The translations under genes were made by a program, and so were the position numbers. Shown here piece after piece: positions 37,231 through 46,865 of a stretch of 64,000 nucleotides of DNA; position 1 is the first letter of the stretch; each line of letters begins with the position of its first letter. The notes under the pieces were generated by a model. The model had not been told where the DNA came from and made no database searches. It saw only the letters and a program-made list of their open reading frames with translations. The DNA is taken from assembly GCA_046329575.1 (NCBI GenBank), contig JAXLUJ010000009.1, positions 43,291 through 107,290 of the forward strand, written 5' to 3'. This DNA is from Chitinophagales bacterium. GTDB taxonomy: Bacteria; Bacteroidota; Bacteroidia; Chitinophagales; LD1.

Positions 37231-38847
37231 ATGCGCATCTTTTTAATGGCGTTGATGGTTGCTCTTGGTTTCACCGCTTTCGCACAAACGGCCGAAAATC
37301 GACCTAAATTGGTAGTTGGCGTGGTGGTTGATCAAATGCGCTACGATTTTTTATATCGCTATTCCGAAAAATATGGAGATACCGGTTTTAAACGACTGCT
37401 GAAAAACGGCTATTCGTGTGAGAATACGCATATTCCGTACGTTCCAACATTTACAGCCCCGGGCCACACCTGCATCTACACGGGCAGCGTACCGGCCATT
37501 CATGGTATTGTAGGCAACGACTGGTACTCCCGCCAAACTAAACACTTTCAGTATTGCACCACCGATACCTCATTTGTAACGGTTGGCGCTAAAGGAAAAA
37601 CCGGACAGCAATCGCCCAATCAGTTAAAAGCTACTACAATTACGGATGAGCTTCGTTTAGCCACTAACTTCAAATCAAAAACCATAGGAATCGCCCTGAA
37701 AGATCGCAGTTCCATTTTGCCCGCAGGTCATGCAGCCAATCATGCCTATTGGTACGATGGTAAGTCGGGTAATTTTGTGAGCAGTTCGTATTATGGCGAT
37801 ACCTTACCGGCTTGGGTGAATGCCTTCAATGCCCGGGGTTTGGCGGCTTCCTATCTGAAATCAAATTGGAATGTATTGCAGAAAAATGGCTATGCAGAAA
37901 GTACAGAAGATGACGTAAATTGGGAAAGCAATTATACGAACGAAGAACATCCGGTTTTTCCGCATCGGGTTGATGAACTTACCAAAAACGGATACGCCAT
38001 TTTGCCGGCCACTCCTTGGGGTAACAGCATAACTTTTGAAATGGCTAAAGCGGCTATCAAAAATGAAAATTTGGGTAGAAATGGTACTACCGATTTTCTT
38101 GCTGTAAGTTTCTCTTCCACCGATTATATCGGCCATCAATTTGGGCCAAATTCAGTAGAAACAGAAGATGGTTATTTGCGCTTTGATAAAGAGCTGGGCG
38201 AATTTTTAATTTATCTCGATCAAACTGTTGGAGCAGGTAATTATTTATTGTTTCTATCGGCCGATCATGGCGTTTCACATGCCGTAGGCTTCAATAAAAA
38301 GCATAACATCCCGGCCGGAAATGTGAAAGACCACGATTTAGATTCCATTTGCAATAAATATCTGTACGAACAGTATGGCGAAAAGAATATGGTAGAAGCA
38401 TTGGTAAACTTTCAGGTTTATCTTAATCAGGCGGTACTGGAAAAGCACGACATCCGCGAGAAAGATGTGGTGAGCGACTTATCTGCTTTTTTAATGAAGC
38501 AACCAAACGTAAAAGCAGTAGTTGATCTTCACCATCTGAGCGCCACAACGCTGGAACCGCAGTTGAAAGAGCGGTTGACTAACGGCTATAATCACCAGCT
38601 TTCCGGCGACCTTCAAATCATTTATGAACCCGCAGTTTTAGAGGCTTTTGAAACCGGAACTACTCACGGCAGCAATTACAATTATGATACACACATTCCA
38701 CTGGTTTGGTTTGGTTGGAATGTAAAAGCCGGTAAAGATTTTTCGGAAGTTAGAATGACGGATATTGCAGCAACCCTGGCCGCTATGCTCCACATTCAGG
38801 AGCCCAGCGGTTGTGTGGGAAAACCCATTCAAGGGCTGTTAAAATAA
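37231..38847 (+). CDS. Alkaline-phosphatase-superfamily protein (nucleotide pyrophosphatase/phosphodiesterase-like)
   Basis: 538-aa ORF with a signal peptide. Metal-site motifs are VVVDQMRYD, PTFTAPGHTCIYTG, SADHG and THGS. Confidence 0.8.
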   Translation: MRIFLMALMVALGFTAFAQTAENRPKLVVGVVVDQMRYDFLYRYSEKYGDTGFKRLLKNGYSCENTHIPYVPTFTAPGHTCIYTGSVPAIHGIVGNDWYSRQTKHFQYCTTDTSFVTVGAKGKTGQQSPNQLKATTITDELRLATNFKSKTIGIALKDRSSILPAGHAANHAYWYDGKSGNFVSSSYYGDTLPAWVNAFNARGLAASYLKSNWNVLQKNGYAESTEDDVNWESNYTNEEHPVFPHRVDELTKNGYAILPATPWGNSITFEMAKAAIKNENLGRNGTTDFLAVSFSSTDYIGHQFGPNSVETEDGYLRFDKELGEFLIYLDQTVGAGNYLLFLSADHGVSHAVGFNKKHNIPAGNVKDHDLDSICNKYLYEQYGEKNMVEALVNFQVYLNQAVLEKHDIREKDVVSDLSAFLMKQPNVKAVVDLHHLSATTLEPQLKERLTNGYNHQLSGDLQIIYEPAVLEAFETGTTHGSNYNYDTHIPLVWFGWNVKAGKDFSEVRMTDIAATLAAMLHIQEPSGCVGKPIQGLLK

Positions 38848-38876
38848 TTCGTTTCTTTACATATAAATACTCAGCC

Positions 38877-39212
38877 TTGCCATACAAAGAAAAAGAAATA
38901 GAAAAGCTGTACTACACCATCGGTGAAGTGTCGCAAATCATGAATTTAAATGCATCTCAAATACGGTATTGGGAAAGTGAATTCGAATCGCTTAAGCCAA
39001 GAAAAGACCGTAAAGGGAATCGCATTTTTACGAAGGAAGATATTGAAACCATTCGCATCATTCATTACCTTACGAAAGAAAGAGGGTTTACCATTGAAGG
39101 GGCGAAGGCACAAATCAGGAACGATTTGGGGAAATTGCGCCGAAATATGGAACTACAGCGTTCCCTCACGCACATTCGCGAATTTTTGATTGAATTGAAA
39201 GACGCGCTTTGA
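38877..39212 (+). CDS. MerR-family transcriptional regulator (small)
   Basis: The ORF-track start at 38811 overlaps the previous gene, so I prefer the in-frame TTG at 38877. HTH: YYTIGEVSQIMNLNASQIRYWESEF...RKGNRIFTKEDIETIRIIHYL. Confidence 0.75.
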   Translation: MPYKEKEIEKLYYTIGEVSQIMNLNASQIRYWESEFESLKPRKDRKGNRIFTKEDIETIRIIHYLTKERGFTIEGAKAQIRNDLGKLRRNMELQRSLTHIREFLIELKDAL

Positions 39213-39213
39213 T

Positions 39214-40155
39214 TTAGCGCATCTTGCCGCGTTTCATCAAAAAAGTTTGCAGCACAGGATAAAAGCCTTCATTGATATCGGCTTCCACAAAGTCGATTTT
39301 GTACTGTCCGCATCGCAGCATTAGCTCCTTTTTGAAAGTGGAAAGCTGGTTCACATAATAGTCTTTCACCTGATGGGCCTGAAGTTTCACCTGTTCGCCA
39401 TTTTCCATGTCGATGAACACATACGGACGATTTTCAAACTCGAAATCTAATTCGTGTTTCTTATCCGTTACATGAAACAAAATCACTTCATGTTTATTGA
39501 AACGCAAATGTTGCAATGCTGAAAAGATTTCGTCTAAACCGCCGCCGGTGTGATCATCGAACATATCGCTGAAAATAATTACCATGCTGCGTTGATGAAT
39601 AGTTTCCGCAATCTGATGCAAACATTTGGCGGCCTGTGTTTTAGAGTTCAATGCCTTGGCCTGAAGCAGTTGCCCCAACTGCGAATACAGCATTTGCTGG
39701 TGTTTGGTACTGCTGCGTGCCGTTGTATTTACTTTCACCTCATCTGAAAAAATGCTTAGCCCTGCAGCATCGCGTTGGCGTTTCAGTAAATTAATAAGCG
39801 CCGCCGCAGCATAAACCGAGAACCTTAATTTGTTCGCCCCATTCTTTGCATCCATTGGGTAGAACATCGAAGAGGATGCATCTAGCACTAATTGACATCG
39901 TAAATTCGTTTCCTCTTCATAGCGTTTCACAAACATTTTATCGGTTCGCGCAAACACTTTCCAATCCATATTTTTTGTAGGCTCGCCCTGATTGTACAAC
40001 CGGTGTTCAGCAAATTCTACCGAAAAACCGTGGAAGGGCGATTTGTGCAAACCAATGATAAATCCTTCCACTACCTGCTTGGCCAACAGTTCCAGATTGT
40101 CGTGTATCTGCGTTTGTGCCAAAGCCTCTAACCCCAAATCCTTGCTTCTTTCCAT
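39214..40155 (-). CDS. DUF58 domain-containing protein (vWA-like, usually MoxR-associated)
   Basis: 313-aa ORF with GLHKSPFHGFSVEFAEHRLYNQGEPTKNMDWKVFARTDKMFVKRYEEETNL and VLDASSSM, which are DUF58 hallmarks. Confidence 0.8.
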   Translation of the reverse strand: MERSKDLGLEALAQTQIHDNLELLAKQVVEGFIIGLHKSPFHGFSVEFAEHRLYNQGEPTKNMDWKVFARTDKMFVKRYEEETNLRCQLVLDASSSMFYPMDAKNGANKLRFSVYAAAALINLLKRQRDAAGLSIFSDEVKVNTTARSSTKHQQMLYSQLGQLLQAKALNSKTQAAKCLHQIAETIHQRSMVIIFSDMFDDHTGGGLDEIFSALQHLRFNKHEVILFHVTDKKHELDFEFENRPYVFIDMENGEQVKLQAHQVKDYYVNQLSTFKKELMLRCGQYKIDFVEADINEGFYPVLQTFLMKRGKMR

Positions 40156-40161
40156 TCCTGA

Positions 40162-41814
40162 TTATTGCCTTTCTTTTATGAATGTGCGAACTGCCCGAAA
40201 TCCGCTGCTGCTATGTACTTCCAAAACAAATATTCCGGCAGGTAGTTCGCGCACATCAACCGCTGCATTTTGAGTTTTTTCGCTCTTTGCCTCTACCACC
40301 TGTTCGCCAATAACATTGAAAATCCTGATCTGATCAAAATCTTCGGCACAAGAAATTTTGACGAAAGATGATGCCGGATTGGGTGCAAGGTTTATTCCGG
40401 TACGTAACTGCTGTTCCGTTATTCCTGCAGGATAACACGGACTCCACATCCCGTTGAGCGTTGCCGTTCCGGTGTTATCCGGATCTAACCACGGCTTTAA
40501 CTGCCGGTTGGCAGCGGAACCATTACTGGTCCAGTGATACCACATTTTCCCGTAAAAGTCATTCTCGGTTGGCGAACTGCAATAGCTGTTTCCTCCGGTA
40601 AGCGTTCCAATCACCAAATGTTCAGGATTAAAAATAGCTGAGCCGGAAGAGCCCTCTTCGGTTACGCCATGACCCGTTGCCGTTTGCGCCCATTCAATAC
40701 GCCAATGCGTATTTGCCACGCTAGATCCCCAGGCATCGCTAAACAATCGCGTTTTGTAAGTAGAAATCTTTTTGATGTCAGCATTCGGATGGTGAATTCC
40801 TACACCGGAATCAGCCGCAATGTTGCGATTGTCCCATCCGGCATAATAAACGTGAAAGCTGTCAGGAGGTTTGTTTTTAATTTTTAGCAAGGCAAAATCA
40901 CTGCCATTATCGCCGCCCATATCGTTGCTGCTGGAAACGTAGGTGCAGCCGGTAAGCACTTTATTCTGTAATCCATTTCCAGTGGAAGGATTGCTGCAAC
41001 CAGATGCTTCAAAACCGAAATAAAATTTCCACTGGTTTAATTCAGAAGTGGTAGCAGTTGTTCCGGTTTGATCATCCTGGTAACAGTGGTCGGCCGTTAA
41101 GAAATAGGGCGTACAATCCATGCGCACATTGTTGATTAACGTACCGGTGCAATTGTAAAGTGCGCCGCCCAATTTTAGTAAGATCAGGGCCACTGCATTT
41201 TTTTCGGGTTGCCAATTGCCGCCTTCCGGGCAGTTCACATTCACCTCGCAAACATCGCTATTGCCAAAATCGCGTCCCGCCTTTCCGATATTTTTAAAAA
41301 TGTATCCTACTTCATTAATGTGAAAAGGAAAGTCCATCGCCTCCTCATTCCAGGCATCATACTCAACAGTTAGTTCGTCAGAAGGAACTACATCCAACGC
41401 ATAACTGCCGCCCTCCGGATTTTCGTTGCTTCGGTAGGGGCCAAATACAATTGTTCGATCGTTGTTGTAGATCCACAATTCACCGCCAGCCGGAATTTTC
41501 ATTTGATCGGGATACAAAATCAAACCCTTGGCACCAACGGCTTTCACTTTACAACGCCATATCTTTTTCCCTTGCCAGCTCGTCCATTCTCCCGTTTTAA
41601 CCGGCGAAATAGCAGCAGGAAGGGCTCGTCCAATAAGAGATGCCGATCCATTTTTACCCTTGGGCGGAGTTATTAGAGTAGCATCCAATTGATATGGAAG
41701 CACTTCGGAATGATAAGCCGGGAAATTGTAACTGAAAGACAGGGGTTGCTGTCCATAAGTTAATAAGAATGAGAACAGATAAATAAGTGATAGATAAAAT
41801 CTGGACAGACGCAT
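40162..41814 (-). CDS. Secreted S1-family (lysyl-endopeptidase-like) serine protease with T9SS CTD
   Basis: 550-aa ORF with a signal peptide. The catalytic-triad contexts are FLTADHCY (His), SDFALLKI (Asp) and EEGSSGSAIF (Ser). The C-terminal LAPNPASSFVKISCAEDF...IFVLEVHSSSGFRAVRTFIKE is CTD-like. Confidence 0.8.
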   Translation of the reverse strand: MRLSRFYLSLIYLFSFLLTYGQQPLSFSYNFPAYHSEVLPYQLDATLITPPKGKNGSASLIGRALPAAISPVKTGEWTSWQGKKIWRCKVKAVGAKGLILYPDQMKIPAGGELWIYNNDRTIVFGPYRSNENPEGGSYALDVVPSDELTVEYDAWNEEAMDFPFHINEVGYIFKNIGKAGRDFGNSDVCEVNVNCPEGGNWQPEKNAVALILLKLGGALYNCTGTLINNVRMDCTPYFLTADHCYQDDQTGTTATTSELNQWKFYFGFEASGCSNPSTGNGLQNKVLTGCTYVSSSNDMGGDNGSDFALLKIKNKPPDSFHVYYAGWDNRNIAADSGVGIHHPNADIKKISTYKTRLFSDAWGSSVANTHWRIEWAQTATGHGVTEEGSSGSAIFNPEHLVIGTLTGGNSYCSSPTENDFYGKMWYHWTSNGSAANRQLKPWLDPDNTGTATLNGMWSPCYPAGITEQQLRTGINLAPNPASSFVKISCAEDFDQIRIFNVIGEQVVEAKSEKTQNAAVDVRELPAGIFVLEVHSSSGFRAVRTFIKERQ

Positions 41815-41872
41815 TACCGTTGTTAATTATGAAATCGGAAGTTATCCAATTATTAAGAATTTTACTATCACA

Positions 41873-44410
41873 ATGGTTCGCAAAGTACTGGCGGTTTTTT
41901 CAATATTCCTACTGGTTGCCAGTTCGCTGGTGATGGGTGGCACCGCATTGCTTGAAAACAAAATTAAAACGCTTGCCGTAGAAAAAATAAACGCGCAAAT
42001 CGCGGTGCCGGTGAAGGTAAGCGGCGGAATCACCCTTTCATTGTTTAAACACTTTCCTTACGCTTCCATTTCTTTCAAAAATGTGACTATTAACGACAAG
42101 CTGCGGCCCGGAAAAACACTTCTGCAATTAGAAGAATTATCGCTGCTGATGAACGTTCCCAGTTTGTTTAAAGAGGAACAAGAAGTCACTAAAATTTATG
42201 CCGGCAATGGCGATATCGACATCTTCATCAATAATAAAGGCGCCGCCAATTACGATATTTTCAAAACTGACGATAAAGTAGCTGCTTCAAAATTCAAAGT
42301 GTTATTAAAAACGGCAACGTTAGAGGATATTCGGTTGGGTTACTACAATGAAGAAAAAAATGAATTGGTAGTGGCCGCACTCAATCACCTCACCTTATCA
42401 GGCAATTTCAGCGACAAGGAATTTGATTTGAACACCAATGCCGACGTCAAAGTAAGGTTGGTACAAGTGAATGAAGAAAAGTATATTGAGAACAAGGCGA
42501 TGACAGCCGATATGTTGCTGCATGTGGACCAGATCCAACAAAAGTTCTCCATTCAGCGCGCTGCGCTTGAAGTAGCAAAAAATGAATTTGTGCTTTCCGG
42601 ATATTGGAAATCGATGCGCAATCGCACTGACGTTAACTTTAAGGCAGAAAGCAAAGGCGAGGATGTAGCCAATTTGATTGCCTTGATACCAGACCAACTC
42701 AGGAAGAATCTGGTGGGTGCCGATGGCAATGGCAACTATACTATTACCGCTACTGTAATTGGTTCGGTTTCGAAAGGAGTGAACCCTGAAGTGAAAGTGG
42801 AAGCCATGCTTCGCGATGCTACCATTCGTTTACCAAAATTGAGCAGGGCGCTGGAAAAAGTAAATGCCAGTGGATTTTATAAGCTCAAAGCCGATGGCGC
42901 AGATGAGTTGCAGGTGAAAAAATTTGAATCTTACTTTCACAACGAACCCTTTGGTTTTTCGCTGGATCTTCGCAAAATCAGCGCTCCGGACTTTGACCTT
43001 TCAGCGCATGGTACAGTAGATGTGGAAGAAGCGCGAAGCTTTTTTGGCGATAGTATTCTCGAAAACGCAGAAGGGAAAATTGATATTGCTGATCTGCATT
43101 TGAGTGGAAATATTCCATCATGGAAACAATTAGATCAGGCCGCAGTTCGAGGAGAAGGTGCATTAAAGTTACGTGAGGTGGAATTTCAAACCGATGGCAT
43201 TACTTATGGAAATATTAATGGTACAATTCAGTTTGAAGATGAAAAACTAAGAATCAGCGCGCTTTCCATTAACTTTCTGAACACTGATTTTCTTTTTAAT
43301 GGCACCGTTGAAAATCCACTGAACTACGGATTAGGTTTGGCCAAAAAGAAAACAGAGAACATTACTCTTGGTTTTAACGGCGATCTGAAAATGAAGGTGT
43401 GCAACCTTGGAAATATGATTGCCGCCTACGATAAAAAGAAAAAACGCGCGGCCGCAGAAGGCGATAAAATCGATATCCGAAATGTGTTCAACATGGAAGG
43501 CGCCTTGCGCCTTTCGATCGGCAAATTGATTTATAATAAAATGAATTTTAACGAGGTGAGCGGAGAGGTGTCGCTATCGCCACACCACATCAACCTTTCA
43601 AGGCTTACCTCACACGCCATGGGCGGAAACATAGCTGCCACGGGCGCTGTGGCGTTTCTTCAAGATAAGGAAATGGAGCTGTTGCTTGACCTTAAAATTG
43701 ACAAAGTGGAATTGCCTCAAATTTTTCAGCAATGCGATAACTTTGGTCAAACCACACTTACCGATAAAAACCTGAAGGGTGATATAACCGCCACCACACA
43801 GTTTAAAACAGTTTGGAAAAATTATAAAGATGTTGACCTGCATCAATTGGAAGGGCAGTTGCAATGCCGTATCGGTAATGGCGAATTGCTCAATTTTGAA
43901 CCCATACGTGCCGCTTCACAGTTTATTAAAGTGGAAGAACTCAACCGGATTGTTTTTTCAGAATTATCGAACACTCTTTTTATTAAAAATGGTGTGATTT
44001 CGGTGCCGCAAATGGAGGTAAATTCTTCGGCATTGAATTTGATGTTGAATGGAACGCATACTTTCGAAAATCAAATCGATTACCACCTTAAAATCAATTT
44101 GACAAAGTTGCTCGCGGCCAAATTTAGCAGGAGGAATGCTGATGTGCAATACATTGAGGAAGATCCTTATGAAGGAACGAATCTGTTCCTTACGCTTAGC
44201 GGACCGCTTTCCGATCCACATATCCATTACGATAAAAAAGCGGTAAATTCTAAAATAAAACAAGACTTTGCCGATGAACGTGAAGAGCTGAAGAGTTTGT
44301 TCAAAAATGAAAAGCCGAAGGCAAAAAACGAAAAGGAGCGCACACGTGAAGACAAGTATTTCGACACCAGGAGCGAGCCCGTTTTCATGGATCTGGATGA
44401 AGAAAAATAA
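41873..44410 (+). CDS. AsmA-family protein
   Basis: 845-aa ORF with an N-terminal TM anchor. It has the AsmA-like N-terminal pattern VKVSGGITLSLFKHFPYASISFKNVTI and the AsmA_2-like C-terminal region NGELLNFEPI...LNLMLNGTHTFENQIDYHLKINL. Confidence 0.7.
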   Translation: MVRKVLAVFSIFLLVASSLVMGGTALLENKIKTLAVEKINAQIAVPVKVSGGITLSLFKHFPYASISFKNVTINDKLRPGKTLLQLEELSLLMNVPSLFKEEQEVTKIYAGNGDIDIFINNKGAANYDIFKTDDKVAASKFKVLLKTATLEDIRLGYYNEEKNELVVAALNHLTLSGNFSDKEFDLNTNADVKVRLVQVNEEKYIENKAMTADMLLHVDQIQQKFSIQRAALEVAKNEFVLSGYWKSMRNRTDVNFKAESKGEDVANLIALIPDQLRKNLVGADGNGNYTITATVIGSVSKGVNPEVKVEAMLRDATIRLPKLSRALEKVNASGFYKLKADGADELQVKKFESYFHNEPFGFSLDLRKISAPDFDLSAHGTVDVEEARSFFGDSILENAEGKIDIADLHLSGNIPSWKQLDQAAVRGEGALKLREVEFQTDGITYGNINGTIQFEDEKLRISALSINFLNTDFLFNGTVENPLNYGLGLAKKKTENITLGFNGDLKMKVCNLGNMIAAYDKKKKRAAAEGDKIDIRNVFNMEGALRLSIGKLIYNKMNFNEVSGEVSLSPHHINLSRLTSHAMGGNIAATGAVAFLQDKEMELLLDLKIDKVELPQIFQQCDNFGQTTLTDKNLKGDITATTQFKTVWKNYKDVDLHQLEGQLQCRIGNGELLNFEPIRAASQFIKVEELNRIVFSELSNTLFIKNGVISVPQMEVNSSALNLMLNGTHTFENQIDYHLKINLTKLLAAKFSRRNADVQYIEEDPYEGTNLFLTLSGPLSDPHIHYDKKAVNSKIKQDFADEREELKSLFKNEKPKAKNEKERTREDKYFDTRSEPVFMDLDEEK

Positions 44411-44430
44411 CCGGAAATTGAATCGTTTTT

Positions 44431-44916
44431 TTAATTGGGTTCACCCAATTTCTGAAGCCCGCCTTTATTTAATCGGTAAACCGTCCATTCATTCATAGCC
44501 GTGGCACCCAAACTTTTATAAAAATCGATTGCCGGCTGATTCCAGTCTAAAACCGACCATTCCATTCGCCCACAATTTTCATTTTTTGCAATTGCGGCAA
44601 GATGCAGAAACAACGCCTTGCCGAATCCTTTTCCGCGGTAAGCCGGTTTCAGGAAAAGATCTTCTAAATACAATCCTTTCTTGCCTATAAAAGTAGAGAA
44701 GTTGTAAAAGTAGAGCGCAAAACCAATGGGCGTTCCATTTTCTTCGGCTATTACTGCGTATGCTGTGGGAGTTGAATTGAACAGCGCTTCGCGCAATTGT
44801 TCCGAAGTGGCTGCCAATTCCGATTCCAGCTTTTCATAAACAGCCAATTCTTTGATCAGCGAAAGCAATAGCGCTGCATCCTGAGGTTGCGCCGGCCTGA
44901 TAGTAAATGATTTCAT
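44431..44916 (-). CDS. GNAT-family N-acetyltransferase (diamine/spermidine acetyltransferase-like)
   Basis: 161-aa ORF with the acetyl-CoA motif YRGKGFGKALFLHLA and the fold pattern LYLEDLFLKPAYRG. Confidence 0.8.
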   Translation of the reverse strand: MKSFTIRPAQPQDAALLLSLIKELAVYEKLESELAATSEQLREALFNSTPTAYAVIAEENGTPIGFALYFYNFSTFIGKKGLYLEDLFLKPAYRGKGFGKALFLHLAAIAKNENCGRMEWSVLDWNQPAIDFYKSLGATAMNEWTVYRLNKGGLQKLGEPN

Positions 44917-44924
44917 GGTAGGAG

Positions 44925-45011
44925 CGGAGAGAGAGGGATTCGAACCCTCGGTACAGTTGCCCGTACAACAGTTTTCGAGACTGTCCCATTCGACCGCTCT
45001 GGCATCTCTCC
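44925..45011 (-). tRNA. tRNA-Ser (anticodon CGA)
   Basis: The reverse complement is GGAGAGATGCCAGAGCGGTCGAATGGGACAGTCTCGAAAACTGTTGTACGGGCAACTGTACCGAGGGTTCGAATCCCTCTCTCTCCG. It has a 7-bp acceptor stem, anticodon stem ACAGT/ACTGT with loop CTCGAAA, a long variable arm and a GGTTCGAATCC T-loop. No CCA is encoded. Confidence 0.9.
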
Positions 45012-45080
45012 GTGGGCAAATTTCAATTATTTTTTGATGGAAACCAGCTATTGTTGAGGAAGCATCATTTTGGCATAAAT

Positions 45081-45102
45081 AAAAAAAGCCCGCATCTGCG
45101 GA
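45081..45102 (-). terminator. Rho-independent terminator-like hairpin between the two tRNA genes
   Basis: The minus strand reads GTCCGC-AGAT-GCGGGC followed by T7. The plus strand also ends in a T-rich run. Confidence 0.5.
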
Positions 45103-45115
45103 CTTTTTCTTCTAG

Positions 45116-45203
45116 CGGAGAGAGAGGGATTCGAACCCACGGTAGGCTCATCACCTACGACTGTTTTCAAGACAGTTGCAATCAACCACTCTGCCATCTC
45201 TCC
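45116..45203 (-). tRNA. tRNA-Ser (anticodon TGA)
   Basis: The reverse complement is GGAGAGATGGCAGAGTGGTTGATTGCAACTGTCTTGAAAACAGTCGTAGGTGATGAGCCTACCGTGGGTTCGAATCCCTCTCTCTCCG. The anticodon loop is CTTGAAA and there is a long variable arm. Confidence 0.9.
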
Positions 45204-45405
45204 GGGGGCAAAACAAACAAAGTGTAAGACATTTGCAAAATGTTTGAGGATTTTGTTGCAATCCGGCACACTGCAAGGCATTCCAGGTTGGGATTGGCAC
45301 TTATTTTCAAAACCGTCTTTTTTCGATCGGGGCATCTCGAAAAGTGGTGTTGCAGTACTATCAAAAAAGTGTAGCTTTACCCGAAATCATTAAATACTTC
45401 TGTTA

Positions 45406-46842
45406 ATGAAGAAAATTCTCCTCTGCTGCGCTATTGTTTTATCGCTGAACAGCTTCGCTCAGGTTGGTATCAATATTTTGAACCCCGACTCCAGTGCAGT
45501 ACTGCAATTGGAATCAGTGAAGAAAGGGTTAGGCTTGCCGCGGCTCAATACTGCTCAAATGAACGGTATTGCCCAACCGCTAAAAGGTCTTACTATTTAC
45601 AACACCACTGATTCGGTAATTGAGTACTGGAATGGCGAATGTTGGCTAAAGGCCTATGAAAAGAACTGTTACGAGTGCGAATTTCAGATGAATATCGATG
45701 ATCTCACCGATACGCTAGATCGCACTGATGCTGATTCTGTATTTTCGACCATTTCACTGCTGCAAACTCACGGCAAACAGGATATCAATATTATTTGGTC
45801 TTCCTTGCCTCCTCAAGGGGTAAACATCTTCTTCAATGGACCAACAACCATCGATTCGGTAGGGTCGGTTCAAATTGTGGTGAAGGCCGATGTTTTCGCC
45901 GGTTCGGGTAATGTACCTATTTTGGTTACTGCTTTTTGTGGCGACAAAATTCGTTTTGTTACCTATAATGTTTATATCAAACCTTGTGTTCGTGTAGTAT
46001 TGCCCGTTGATGTAAATAATTACGATCTGCAAGCGCAAAATTCTTCGGTACTTCCTGCAGGTGCTAAAGAATGCGTGGTGGTAACAGTGAACAGTGGTGT
46101 TTCTGTTTCCTCTAATTTGCCAACTGCTACTGCTTACACCAGCGGCAATCTGAATCCATTGTCTATTGTAGGTATCATCAATAATGGAAGTTTCCTGGGC
46201 CGCGGTGGCAACGGCGCTGCAGGTGGCAGTTTCTCGGGATTTCCTCCGGGAGCCACCGGTACAAATGGCGGTAATGCCATGAACCTTACTACCAAAACTA
46301 TCATACAGAATTATGGTCAGATTTTTGGCGGCGGCGGCGGCGGATCGTCAGTAGGTTTAAGTACTACAGTAAATGTGCCGATTGCAGGGAATATCACCTT
46401 TGGTTTTGGCGTTTGTGGCGGCGGCGGATCTTCAGCAGGTTTAGGAGGCGCTCCGGTTGGTACATCTTTCCCTCCGGGCGGTTTTGTAGGCGGTCAAAAT
46501 GCCACCGCAGGTCCGGCTTCAGTTCCGGGTGCCGGGGGCTCTTTCTCTTTGCCAATCAATATTCCAATCGTGTCTCCCGTTTCAGTTAACATTACTCCGA
46601 ATGGTTCTGGCGGAGCAGGAGGGGCTTTCGGTCAGCCGGGAGGCCCTGCCGGAATTGGTGTTTCTATTCAGGCTTGCGGTATTCCGTTCATTGGGTGTAT
46701 TACTCTGGTGAATCTCGGCCCTTACAACTATCCGGCTGTAAGCAGCCCCGGATTGGCCATCAAACGCAATGGCAATCCGCTTTCCGGAATTGCCGACGGA
46801 CCATACAATTCAGCACAAATTAAAGGAACAGTTGCACCATAA
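45406..46842 (+). CDS. Secreted glycine-rich protein of unknown function
   Basis: 478-aa ORF with a signal peptide. The N-terminal module VGINILNPDSSAVLQLESVKKGLGLPRLNTAQMNGIAQPLKGLTIYNTTD...YWNGECW recurs in many Bacteroidota surface proteins. The C-terminal ~230 aa has multiple G-runs (GRGGNGAAGG, FGGGGGGSS, CGGGGSSAGLGG, GSGGAGGAFGQPGGPAG). Confidence 0.7.
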   Translation: MKKILLCCAIVLSLNSFAQVGINILNPDSSAVLQLESVKKGLGLPRLNTAQMNGIAQPLKGLTIYNTTDSVIEYWNGECWLKAYEKNCYECEFQMNIDDLTDTLDRTDADSVFSTISLLQTHGKQDINIIWSSLPPQGVNIFFNGPTTIDSVGSVQIVVKADVFAGSGNVPILVTAFCGDKIRFVTYNVYIKPCVRVVLPVDVNNYDLQAQNSSVLPAGAKECVVVTVNSGVSVSSNLPTATAYTSGNLNPLSIVGIINNGSFLGRGGNGAAGGSFSGFPPGATGTNGGNAMNLTTKTIIQNYGQIFGGGGGGSSVGLSTTVNVPIAGNITFGFGVCGGGGSSAGLGGAPVGTSFPPGGFVGGQNATAGPASVPGAGGSFSLPINIPIVSPVSVNITPNGSGGAGGAFGQPGGPAGIGVSIQACGIPFIGCITLVNLGPYNYPAVSSPGLAIKRNGNPLSGIADGPYNSAQIKGTVAP

Positions 46843-46865
46843 TTTCAAATTCAAGGAAAAGAAAA

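Noticed and set aside
44925-45203. Identical 3' halves of the two tRNA-Ser genes as attL/attR-type duplication marking an integrated island
   Set aside because: Both are complete tRNAs with different anticodons (CGA, TGA), 104 bp apart. No integrase is adjacent. This is an ordinary tandem isoacceptor pair.
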